DNA of 64,000 nt, from assembly GCA_049519175.1 (NCBI GenBank), contig JBEKQZ010000001.1, forward strand, positions 224,043 through 288,042, written 5' to 3'. The position numbers and the translations under genes are program-made. Below the pieces are notes generated by a model. The model saw only the letters and a list, made by a program, of their open reading frames with translations, was not told the origin of the DNA and made no database searches. Below are positions 45,742-54,828 of this stretch, piece after piece. Every line of letters begins with the position of its first letter. Positions within the stretch are counted from its first letter, which is position 1. Source of the DNA: Candidatus Levyibacteriota bacterium. Lineage in GTDB: Bacteria > Patescibacteriota > Microgenomatia > Levybacterales > UBA12049.

Positions 45742-48700
45742 ATGAAAATCATATCTGGGAAAAAAACTCTATTACTTTTACTTTTCTTATCAATCGGCAT
45801 ATTTGCTTTATGTTTCTTTTATGTTTTATTTATAAATAAAGGGGCATTGGATAGCGGAGATTATTATAAATCCTCTCAGGGACAGTATGGCTTGACAACT
45901 CTTATAGCAAAAGAATCTTTAACAAAATCTCCGGCAAATCAGGAATTATCGGCAAAAAAAACACTTAATCAAAATTTTACCGCTCGATTTGATAACTTGG
46001 GAACAATAGCCCTGGCATTTGATACAAACAACAGAAGTATTAACGACAAAGTTGTTTTTCGCCTAAAACAGAGAGATCAAAAAGACTGGTATTACCAAAA
46101 TACATACAACGCTAATCAGTTCCAGAATAATATTCCATTCCCTTTTGGTTTTCCTGTTATATCAGATTCAAAGAATAAATCCTACTCAATACAAATTGAG
46201 TCATTGGAGGGTAAGTCCGGGGAGTCCTTAATTATAAGCGAAAACAATAAAAATTTTCTTAGCATATATAAATATTCTAAATCGGAATTAATCAATAATC
46301 CTAAGGCGATGATTCAATTCTTTGTAAATAAAATTAATACACAAATTCAGTTAATTGCAATAAATGAAATAATTTTGATGACATTCATAATTGTTTTGCC
46401 CCTGCTTATGTATCCGTTATTAAAACCTTTCCCCTTAAAGATTATTTTAAGACATAAAGCACTTATTTTTTTGATAGTTTTGCTTACCGGCATGTCTCTA
46501 ATTTTATATAGGAGTTATATTTTTGGCGGAAAACTTTTTCTGTTCGAAGATTTCGGAAGTGATTCCGTAAGAGTATCGCTGCCGACTTATATTTTTCTTT
46601 TTGATTGGTTTAGAAATGGAATGCCATTATGGTCAGATAAAATGGGAATAGGAACCAGCGTTTTGTCTCATAACGAAATTATTTTCGACCCCTTTACATA
46701 TATCCTGTTTCTCTTTGGTAAAGCAAACATAATTTATATGTTCGTGTATATGGTTATAACGAAAATAATTCTGGCAGGGGCATTCTTTTGGGCATTTTTA
46801 GGAAAATTCAGCAAATACAAATTGTCTTCTTATGCGAAGATTATCGGGGCGCTAACTTACGCATTTGGGGGATATATGATTGTTACAGGTCAAAACTATG
46901 TCTTTGCGACGATGTATGTTTACCTACCGTTGATTCTATTAGGATTTGAAATATGGTTGCAAAGCAAAAAGAAATGGCCATTAATTTTAATGTTGACTCT
47001 TACAGCTTTATATTTCTTTTATTTCTTTTATATGACCGCTGTTTTCTTCGCCGTTTATGCTATTTTTAGATATTTTACAGTCTACGTTTACAAACCCAAA
47101 CATTTCTTAAAATATTTGTTCACATTGGCTTCATATGGCCTTGTGGCAATAGGAATAAGCGCTTTCTATTGGTTGCCATCAATGATATTAACGCTCAGCA
47201 ATATAAGAATTGCTTCATCCTCGCAATCTCTCGATACTCTGTTTACATTTAACCCAAGCAACGTAATAACAGTATTTTCTCGTCTTCTTGGAGTAGATGC
47301 ATTGGGTGGCCCAATGAATTACGTGGGGCAGGATGCCGATTACTTTCAGCTCGTTACTTACGCAGGAATTATAACAGCCTTATTAGTGCCTCAAATATTC
47401 TACCAGTTGAGTAAAAAAACAAAAAAACCATTTATTATTTTTAGTATAGTGTTGGCGATTTTTTTGTTCGTTCCGTTTTTCTCCTATGTTCTAAACGGCT
47501 TTAGTATTATTTCTTATCGCTGGATATATTTCTTATTTTTCGTTTCGTCGCTCTTTTTATCTCTGGTTGTAAACTTTATTTTCGAAAAAAAGAGGATAAG
47601 TTTTAGACTCCTTATATTAACTGCCGGTTTTTTAGTTCTAATTTCATTAATCGCAATAATCTACCCGGTTCCTATAAAGGCGGATGGGATATTTAATATA
47701 TTAAATTCATACATCCATTCCTCAATAGTTCATAGATATCTTTTAAATAACTTCAGGGTGTTTCTTAAGGACTACATTTTTATAGCTGCATACCTAGTGT
47801 TGATTTTCCTGCTCTTTAAAACAAGATATAAGAAATTTATCATGGCCACAGTCTTAGCTTTAGTCTGTATAGAATTGGTTTGGTTCCCTACGCTCTTTAT
47901 AAATAATAGATTAACTACTTCCCCCGACCCTATAAAAAATCATCTTGGCTATTTTGATTATACAAATGAAGCGGTAGCCTATATTAATTCTATCGACACG
48001 AGTATTTATAGATTGGATAAGTCTTATGATTCGGTTAAATCCGAATATGGAATAATACCTTCAGATAATGAAGCAATGGCCCAAAATTACAGGGGGCTTA
48101 AAAACTACGTATCCAATAATCAACCAAACTATATCCGCTTTCTGCAGAAAGCGGATATATTTGTATATTATCCTAATCCCAATTTTCCTCCGGCAAAAGG
48201 AATGAAGCCCGAAGACTTTAAAGACGCTAATCTAAATTACATTAACGGAGTAGGAAATAGATACATATTGCAAACTTTTTTAGGGGTTAAATACTATTTA
48301 ACCAATAAATATTTTGACGGTCAGTTGCCTGGTTATTTCCATTATGTAAAAACAGTTGATGGTATTAGTATTTACGTAAATGATTATTATTTACCTTTGG
48401 GAATGACTTTCGACAATTTTATAACCAGCAATGAATTTGCCAAGCTAAATAATTCTTCCAAAGATTTAGCGTTGTTATCATTTGTCGTTATTGATGATCC
48501 AAAAGAATTGGGAAACATAATAAGTAGAAGCGATGCAAGTAAATTAAGCGAAATCTCACCGGAAAATATAGGGAACATCATCGGTGACCGAAGAAAAGAT
48601 TCATTGAAATTAATTTTCTACAAAGAAGATAGTCTTAAGGGAAGAATTTCTATTGTAGGAAATAAAATTCTTGTTTTAACAATTCCTTACGACAAGGGTT

Positions 48701-49005
48701 GGACAGCCTATGTTGACGGGAGCAAGGTAGTAACGTTAAAGGTTGAGAATGGGCTAACCGGTATCAAATTGTCCCCAGGTAAGCACATTGTTGAGCTAAA
48801 GTATTTCCCACAGGGAATGACTGCCGGAATAATAATTTCCCTCGTAACCTTGTTGTTGTTGCTGATAATTGCCAAATTTAAAAAAAAGATATCAAAAGCA
48901 ATGGCTCAAATTAATAAGCTTTCAATGCTATACTACAAACATTACCTGAGTAAACCATTTAAAAAAACGGTGAAAGTCTTAGAACGTTTTAGCAATGAAA
49001 TTTAA
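45742..49005 (+). CDS. Large membrane protein: novel conserved N-terminal domain fused to YfhO-like glycosyltransferase
   Basis: N-dom: FDNLGTIALAFDTNNRSINDKVVFRLK..DWYYQNTYNANQFQNNIPFPFGFPVIS..IQIESLEGKSGES. YfhO-like loop: PLWSDKMGIGTSVLSHNEIIFDPF. YfhO-type C-term: YDKGWTAYVDGSKVVTLKVENGLTGIKLSPGKHIVELKYFPQG, then a final TM. 1087 aa. Confidence 0.6.
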   Translation: MKIISGKKTLLLLLFLSIGIFALCFFYVLFINKGALDSGDYYKSSQGQYGLTTLIAKESLTKSPANQELSAKKTLNQNFTARFDNLGTIALAFDTNNRSINDKVVFRLKQRDQKDWYYQNTYNANQFQNNIPFPFGFPVISDSKNKSYSIQIESLEGKSGESLIISENNKNFLSIYKYSKSELINNPKAMIQFFVNKINTQIQLIAINEIILMTFIIVLPLLMYPLLKPFPLKIILRHKALIFLIVLLTGMSLILYRSYIFGGKLFLFEDFGSDSVRVSLPTYIFLFDWFRNGMPLWSDKMGIGTSVLSHNEIIFDPFTYILFLFGKANIIYMFVYMVITKIILAGAFFWAFLGKFSKYKLSSYAKIIGALTYAFGGYMIVTGQNYVFATMYVYLPLILLGFEIWLQSKKKWPLILMLTLTALYFFYFFYMTAVFFAVYAIFRYFTVYVYKPKHFLKYLFTLASYGLVAIGISAFYWLPSMILTLSNIRIASSSQSLDTLFTFNPSNVITVFSRLLGVDALGGPMNYVGQDADYFQLVTYAGIITALLVPQIFYQLSKKTKKPFIIFSIVLAIFLFVPFFSYVLNGFSIISYRWIYFLFFVSSLFLSLVVNFIFEKKRISFRLLILTAGFLVLISLIAIIYPVPIKADGIFNILNSYIHSSIVHRYLLNNFRVFLKDYIFIAAYLVLIFLLFKTRYKKFIMATVLALVCIELVWFPTLFINNRLTTSPDPIKNHLGYFDYTNEAVAYINSIDTSIYRLDKSYDSVKSEYGIIPSDNEAMAQNYRGLKNYVSNNQPNYIRFLQKADIFVYYPNPNFPPAKGMKPEDFKDANLNYINGVGNRYILQTFLGVKYYLTNKYFDGQLPGYFHYVKTVDGISIYVNDYYLPLGMTFDNFITSNEFAKLNNSSKDLALLSFVVIDDPKELGNIISRSDASKLSEISPENIGNIIGDRRKDSLKLIFYKEDSLKGRISIVGNKILVLTIPYDKGWTAYVDGSKVVTLKVENGLTGIKLSPGKHIVELKYFPQGMTAGIIISLVTLLLLLIIAKFKKKISKAMAQINKLSMLYYKHYLSKPFKKTVKVLERFSNEI

Positions 49006-50278
49006 CAAAGTAATAAAAGTTGCGTTAGCTATTGATATCCGGTTAAAGTTAGGCAAAAAAAAATATATTTTTTACGCCACTACTTTTTTAGGTTTTTTGA
49101 TATTTATCCTAAGCGGTTTATTAACAAGGGGATATAGTCTCTACAGCCTCTTTCAATCTAATAAAACGGATTATTTTATGGATTTTTATAATCCATTATC
49201 GGAATTACTCAACGGACCCTATTCTCATGGGTCAATTTACCCACCATTGCCGCTTTTAATTTACAAGTTTTTACTTCGTTTTGTGCCATATAATATAGTC
49301 TCTCATGGGGCTTTCGCAATTAGAGCCAGTCAAATAGGAGAAATCGTATTTCTTTTCTATTCACTAATAACTTTGTTGACATTCCTGGTTATTCTTAGAG
49401 AAGTAAAGAGAGGGAAAATAATGGAAATATACGGTTTTATCTTCTTCGTTTTATTTTCCGCTCCATTTCTTTTTATGTTTGAGCGGGCAAATATAATTTT
49501 TATTGCTCTACTATTCTCAATGGTATTTGTCTTTTTTAAAGATAGCAAAAACCGTATTATCCGTGAAGTCGCTCTTATCTGTTTGGCGATATCCGCAGGA
49601 GTTAAGCTATACCCTGCTTTATTTGGATTATTGCTCTTAAAAGAAAAGCGGTTTAAAGATACTTTTAGATTATTATTATATGGTATAACAGCATTTATCT
49701 TGCCGTTCTTTGCCGTTGGGGGAATTAGTCAGCTGCTGGTTCTAATTAAAGATATCTTAACTACGTCTAATGGTGCTTTAGATTGGGGAGTAGGTTATGC
49801 GGTGAATATCTTAAGTATTGTCAGAATATTTTATGGTTTCATTGGAGATTTCGGTAAGGGCCCTATTTTCATAGGGAATACTCTGTCTTATCTCGTTTTA
49901 CTTTTTGGAGTCATTTCCGTGTTTCTCCTAAAATCAAAATGGAAAACTGTTGCACTACTTTCTTCGCTTATGATTATGGTTTCGTCCGTAAGCTATGTTT
50001 ATTCGTTGATATTTATGATAATTCCCTTGATTATGTTTTTGGATAGCGAAGAGAAACTAAAACGGATGGATTATTTATATCTTATCTGTTTTATTTTTAT
50101 TTTCGTGCCGCTTACTTTGAATAATATCGATTTTATAAATCGTGGATTTGGGTCGTCAGCTAGGCCTTTAACTCTAAACGTGCTTATTCAAAATATAGCA
50201 CTTCTGACTATGACGGTTACTTTAATTCTTCAAGGATTCCAAGAGGGGTTGAAAGGGAAGAATGCTAAAAAAAATTAA
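48995..50278 (+). CDS. GT87/DUF2029-like polytopic membrane protein (same C-domain family as 41627/43684, lacking the N-domain)
   Basis: YPPLPLLIYKFLL and AISAGVKLYPALFGLLLLKEKRFKD..LPFFAVGG align with the C-domain motif of the 41627/43684 proteins. It contains a 9-A run at 49055-49063 near its 5' end. Confidence 0.5.
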   Translation: MKFNKVIKVALAIDIRLKLGKKKYIFYATTFLGFLIFILSGLLTRGYSLYSLFQSNKTDYFMDFYNPLSELLNGPYSHGSIYPPLPLLIYKFLLRFVPYNIVSHGAFAIRASQIGEIVFLFYSLITLLTFLVILREVKRGKIMEIYGFIFFVLFSAPFLFMFERANIIFIALLFSMVFVFFKDSKNRIIREVALICLAISAGVKLYPALFGLLLLKEKRFKDTFRLLLYGITAFILPFFAVGGISQLLVLIKDILTTSNGALDWGVGYAVNILSIVRIFYGFIGDFGKGPIFIGNTLSYLVLLFGVISVFLLKSKWKTVALLSSLMIMVSSVSYVYSLIFMIIPLIMFLDSEEKLKRMDYLYLICFIFIFVPLTLNNIDFINRGFGSSARPLTLNVLIQNIALLTMTVTLILQGFQEGLKGKNAKKN

Positions 50279-52067
50279 CTCAATAAATAGACTTGCAGTG
50301 CTAATCCCTATCTTCGTTGTGTTCATCTATAACCTGATTTTCTTCAATCGATTCTACCCAATTACAGAAGGATGGTTTTCCACATACGCTTGGTTGTTCA
50401 ATCATGGAGAATTTCCATATAGAGATTTTTATTTCCTATTACCTCCTCTCTACTTAATTAAAATGAGCATATTCACAACTTTATTTGGATATAGTTTTCT
50501 CTATTTAAGAATTGTCGGTATATTCGTAATACTTCTAATGACCTATTTTTTATACAAAAATCTCCAAATTATTTTTGGAGCAGCGATTGCCGTTTTTGTA
50601 GCGATAGTCGGTATAATTTATTATCAATCAGGCAACGCCCATATTACGTATGATTTTACGCAATTTGTCATTTTGTATGGGTTGATCCAGTCGTATTTAC
50701 TTTTAAAATATGTAAGTACTTCCGGTTCTAAAATTCAGGCAGGTGTAAAGTGGGTTTTCTGGGCGGGAATTTTTGCCGGACTGGCTTTTTTGACAAAACA
50801 AAGTAACGGCATAATGATAACTGCCTTTTCCTTTATCGGATTATCTCTGTTATCTTTGTCGAAGGCAAAAAAAGAGTTTTTAAAAATTTTAACCGCATAT
50901 ATTGGTGGATTTATTATTCCGGTATCAATAATATCCTTATGGCTATTGGTTAATTCGGCTTTCGTTCCATTTGTTCAGCAGATTTTTTCCGGTGCGATAG
51001 GGGCAAAAGGAGGATTTAGCCAGATATTTTTTTCCTGGTTTAAAGGCATATTAACCTACAACTTTATTTTTAGAGTTGGACAGATATTGCAAATACTGCT
51101 GGTTCTCGGTTACTGGATGCCTCTTTTTATTTCCAAGAAGAAAAGGGATGGCGGTATAAGCAAAGTTTTTATCCTCCTTGCATCTTTATTAATGCTTCCC
51201 GTTGTTATTCTGCCGTTAATTTTAAATAAAAATACAGTTAATGTGTTGTCAAATTTTGGCTGGCAAGGCATTAATATTATTATAGTTGCGGCAATCTCGG
51301 TTCCCTTAACCTACATATTAATTTCTTTTCTTCTAACCATTTTTAAAAAGCCTTTTAATAAAAAAATCTTTTTATTTTCCTTTGTTGCCCTCGGTTTTAT
51401 TTATGGAACTGGAGCATCAGCGGGTGTAACCGAAGTCGGAGCTTTTTTTGGATTTTGTCTTTCCGTTGCCTTAATGCTTCATTTTAGGTCAATATTTGGT
51501 TTGGGGAAAATTTTTATCATATTCTTTTGCATAAGCTTCTGTTTGATGTTGGTTAAAGCAAAGTTCGAACGTCCGTACTTCTGGTGGAATGTTACAAGTC
51601 CGGATATAAGATCGAATCTTGTAACGGTTAAAAATATGCCTTTGTTAAGAGGAATTTATATGTCACAAGAAAATGCTAATTTAATAGAGCAGGTTACTTC
51701 GGAAATAGACAAAGGTTCAAAGCCGGGGGATCCTATTCTTGTTTTCCCCAATACGCCTATCTTTTATCTAATTGCAGACAGAAAACCACCGGGGAAAGCT
51801 CCAGTTCAATGGTTTGATGTTTTGACGGATCAGATGGCTATAAAAGAAGCAGAAGCGATAAGGAAGAACCCACCGAAAGTAATTGTTTATCTGGATCTTG
51901 GTGCATCTGTTTGGGAAGCTCACGAAAGTTTATTTAGGAATGGCAAGCCAAGCGGACAACGCGAGATAGTCGAAGCCTTTATGGAAGTCATCAAATCCAA
52001 GAAAATGAATATCTCAAAAAAATATGAATTACCTAACAATGTTACTCTAACAGTATGGAGAGAATAA
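50262..52067 (+). CDS. Polytopic membrane protein, putative GT-C-like glycosyltransferase, with C-terminal soluble domain
   Basis: 601 aa with more than 12 TM segments and an N-term EFPYRDFYFLLPP motif. The soluble C-terminal 150 aa is PGDPILVFPNTPIFY... Confidence 0.4.
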   Translation: MLKKINSINRLAVLIPIFVVFIYNLIFFNRFYPITEGWFSTYAWLFNHGEFPYRDFYFLLPPLYLIKMSIFTTLFGYSFLYLRIVGIFVILLMTYFLYKNLQIIFGAAIAVFVAIVGIIYYQSGNAHITYDFTQFVILYGLIQSYLLLKYVSTSGSKIQAGVKWVFWAGIFAGLAFLTKQSNGIMITAFSFIGLSLLSLSKAKKEFLKILTAYIGGFIIPVSIISLWLLVNSAFVPFVQQIFSGAIGAKGGFSQIFFSWFKGILTYNFIFRVGQILQILLVLGYWMPLFISKKKRDGGISKVFILLASLLMLPVVILPLILNKNTVNVLSNFGWQGINIIIVAAISVPLTYILISFLLTIFKKPFNKKIFLFSFVALGFIYGTGASAGVTEVGAFFGFCLSVALMLHFRSIFGLGKIFIIFFCISFCLMLVKAKFERPYFWWNVTSPDIRSNLVTVKNMPLLRGIYMSQENANLIEQVTSEIDKGSKPGDPILVFPNTPIFYLIADRKPPGKAPVQWFDVLTDQMAIKEAEAIRKNPPKVIVYLDLGASVWEAHESLFRNGKPSGQREIVEAFMEVIKSKKMNISKKYELPNNVTLTVWRE

Positions 52068-53569
52068 GAAGATATTCTAAAAGAAAGATAGCGTTGTTTG
52101 CGATATTGGTTATCGTAAATGTAATTCTCTATTTAGTTTTATATTCCGCGTCCCGGATATCAAGTAATCAAATAACCATAAAGCAAGTATCGGGATTATC
52201 TTTTAACAGCTCTACAGACAAACTCCAACCGGTGTTTAGTAATCTACCAAGATTCTATAGAACTTTTAATTTCGAATTTGAGTCCGATTTTCTACCGAAA
52301 GACGATAATTATGGAAATATCTTTCAGACGGGGAGTGATCCCAAAACCTTAAGAGTTGAACTAATTCATCCCGCATCTCTGCAGGTTGTCATCGGATACA
52401 AGGATGACCCTGGGCAGAAAGTATATCCGATTTCGGATAAAGTCAACTTAAATAAATGGAACCATATTCAGTTAACTTATTCTTCAAACCAAAAATTGTA
52501 TGTAAAGTTAAACGATGAACCGGCTGTCTTTCTTAATGACAACAAATATGATGTCGCTATTAATGATTTGGTTTTAGGGGCAGGTTACAATAGGCAAAGA
52601 ACATTTCAGGGGTTAATAAAAAAGACAAACTTTAAGGTTACTTTCAGTGAGGCAAATGCTTTGTTGTTTATTTTATCACTGATTTCGAAATATTACTTCA
52701 TACTAGTATTTTCCCAGTTGTTGTTTTTCTATGCAAAATATTTGAGGAAACAAAGCGTAAAGATAAAGGGCCGGGATTATAATGACATATTCTTCGGTTT
52801 TCTGATAACATTTTCAATTACTGCTTCTATAGTTATACTAACAGGAATATTTTCGTCTCCATTGACCGGCCAGAGGAAGTGGATACCTTATCTTGGTTTA
52901 CTTATACCTTCAGTTGTATTAGGTATGAATTATTTAAAAATAAAGTGGTTTGAAAAAAAATACTTTTTAGCAATAGCCGGATTGCTTTCATTTACTATAT
53001 TAATACTTGGTACCCGTAACTATGAATTTCTTTCCTGGTTCGGGGTCTCCGGCGTGCTCATGGTCTGTTGTTGCATATCGATTATACCGTTAACTAGGTA
53101 TTTTTCTTTCTTCTTCGCCGGAACATTAATCTTTCTTTTTGCGATTAATTCAGTTGTTTTCATGAATAATTATGGATCGCAAGGTTACATATGGACAGCG
53201 TTGGTAGTAACGGTCGTTATATGCGCATTTCTGTCTACGCTATTTTCGCAGAATAATCATCTCTGGTGGGCTAAGGTAAATAAAATCGGATTTGCTGTTC
53301 TCCTTGCTATCTCCTCTGCGCTTGCATTACGCTCTGATTCACTATTCCTTGGATCCTCTGAGTTTCACTGGAATTACTATACCGGAGTAATCCAGACTAT
53401 ACGTAGTGGCGGAGAATTGTTATGGAGTGCTCCTTCACAATACGGATTTCTAAGCGTATTATTGCCGTCGGTTTTGCCATGGACGTCAAGGAATTCATTT
53501 TTTATTTTTCAGGCTGTCTTATTCTTTATTTGCTCTCTTATTATAATAAAAACTATATATATGCTTTAA
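52055..53569 (+). CDS. Membrane protein with N-terminal extracytoplasmic LamG/ConA-like lectin domain followed by polytopic TM domain
   Basis: After a signal anchor: NKWNHIQLTYSSNQKLYVKLNDEPAVF...NDLVLGAGYNRQRTFQGLIKK (the LamG_3-like W.H..lt......LYv.G.....l.iG....f.G.i pattern). About 9 TM follow. It may be one gene with 53613-54791 (see findings). Confidence 0.5.
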   Translation: MERIRRYSKRKIALFAILVIVNVILYLVLYSASRISSNQITIKQVSGLSFNSSTDKLQPVFSNLPRFYRTFNFEFESDFLPKDDNYGNIFQTGSDPKTLRVELIHPASLQVVIGYKDDPGQKVYPISDKVNLNKWNHIQLTYSSNQKLYVKLNDEPAVFLNDNKYDVAINDLVLGAGYNRQRTFQGLIKKTNFKVTFSEANALLFILSLISKYYFILVFSQLLFFYAKYLRKQSVKIKGRDYNDIFFGFLITFSITASIVILTGIFSSPLTGQRKWIPYLGLLIPSVVLGMNYLKIKWFEKKYFLAIAGLLSFTILILGTRNYEFLSWFGVSGVLMVCCCISIIPLTRYFSFFFAGTLIFLFAINSVVFMNNYGSQGYIWTALVVTVVICAFLSTLFSQNNHLWWAKVNKIGFAVLLAISSALALRSDSLFLGSSEFHWNYYTGVIQTIRSGGELLWSAPSQYGFLSVLLPSVLPWTSRNSFFIFQAVLFFICSLIIIKTIYML

Positions 53570-53612
53570 GAATAAAGCAGTATTCATACCAATAGCATTA
53601 ACGGCATTATCC

Positions 53613-54791
53613 TTGTTCTATTTTGCTGACCCTGCCATTATTGGGCCCACTCTTTACCCCTCATCAAGTGTTATGAGATTTTTCTGGGTTTATGTTCTAC
53701 TTTTTGCCGTATTAATAGATTATTACAAACGTAGCGTTTTGGATGGAAAGATTAAATGGTTTGTTTTGAGCGCTTATATATTAGGGGTGTTGTGGTCTGC
53801 CGAAAGCATGCTTTACTGTACGGCAATATACGGAACATATTTACTGAGCTCCGCGATAGCAATGTATAAGCTGAAAAAAAATACCAGTTTTAGGTTTTTG
53901 TTTATAAACCTTTTGGTGATTTTCCTTGTGTTGATTAGTACTAACATCTTCTATTTAACAACAACAAGCCATTTTCCGGATTTAAATATGTATTTTATGT
54001 ATGCTTTTGGTTACGCAAATGGCTATGGAGAGTTAGCAATAACCCCCTGGGGGATCTATTGGGCAATTATAATTGTTTTTTCCGCTATCGTTTTTGTCTT
54101 ATGGCGTTTATATTCTGCAAAGAAATACACAGAGTGGGTGGTCATATCCGTTTGCTTAGCCACATTATGGATTGTAACAAGCTACTATATTGGAAGAGCA
54201 GTTACCAATAATCTTACGGCGATTTTGCCTTTAATCTTTTACGTTTTTATTGTGATGTCGGCGACATTAATGGAAGTAAAGCTTTTTACATACAGGTTCC
54301 TTCTTACCTTGGTTTTTTTGCCGTGGATAATAGTCGGAATAATGGGCGGGATTGGTAATCCGCAATTTATCGATAAACTGCGGCAATTCAAATTCGCGGA
54401 AAATATTAACAGTAAAAGCTTTAAGCCGGATAATGAACTAAATAGCATCTTCAAATCCTTAAATATTGTTAATGGTGTTAGAATAGCTTATTACGGAGAT
54501 CCATATAATAATCCGGTTATTCCCAACGGCAAGGGAGGATATGTGGATCCTATTGCTGGCATGCCTCTTCCCATGACGCTTCTGGAAGAACCAATACCAG
54601 AGCAAAAAAGAGATATTATTGTAGAAAGGTTTTTAAATGGCATAAAAGGACCAATATATTTGATACATAGAAAAAAAGAGAGTTTAAACAGATTATCTGA
54701 TTGGAAAACATATTTTCAACAGAAGTATTCTCTCAAAAAAGAAGATACTGGAAAGAGTGAGTATGAGGTCTTTATAGTTAGTGACAAATAG
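53613..54791 (+). CDS. Membrane protein (about 7 TM) with C-terminal soluble domain; possibly the 3' part of the 52055 gene
   Basis: ORF in a different frame from the upstream gene, beginning at TTG 53613 (first ATG at 53673). Function not recognisable. Confidence 0.35.
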   Translation: MFYFADPAIIGPTLYPSSSVMRFFWVYVLLFAVLIDYYKRSVLDGKIKWFVLSAYILGVLWSAESMLYCTAIYGTYLLSSAIAMYKLKKNTSFRFLFINLLVIFLVLISTNIFYLTTTSHFPDLNMYFMYAFGYANGYGELAITPWGIYWAIIIVFSAIVFVLWRLYSAKKYTEWVVISVCLATLWIVTSYYIGRAVTNNLTAILPLIFYVFIVMSATLMEVKLFTYRFLLTLVFLPWIIVGIMGGIGNPQFIDKLRQFKFAENINSKSFKPDNELNSIFKSLNIVNGVRIAYYGDPYNNPVIPNGKGGYVDPIAGMPLPMTLLEEPIPEQKRDIIVERFLNGIKGPIYLIHRKKESLNRLSDWKTYFQQKYSLKKEDTGKSEYEVFIVSDK

Positions 54792-54828
54792 AGATTATAT
54801 ATATTATATACATAATACCTTAAATAAC

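Noticed and set aside
49055-49063. 9-A homopolymer near the 5' end of gene 48995 and several 8-A runs (for example 411-418, 3979-3986, 34791-34798, 41191-41198, 62510-62517)
   Set aside because: Poly-A tracts encoding Lys-Lys(-Lys) are expected at this frequency in an AT-rich genome. They are possible slippage sites, but there is no evidence of phase variation from the sequence alone.
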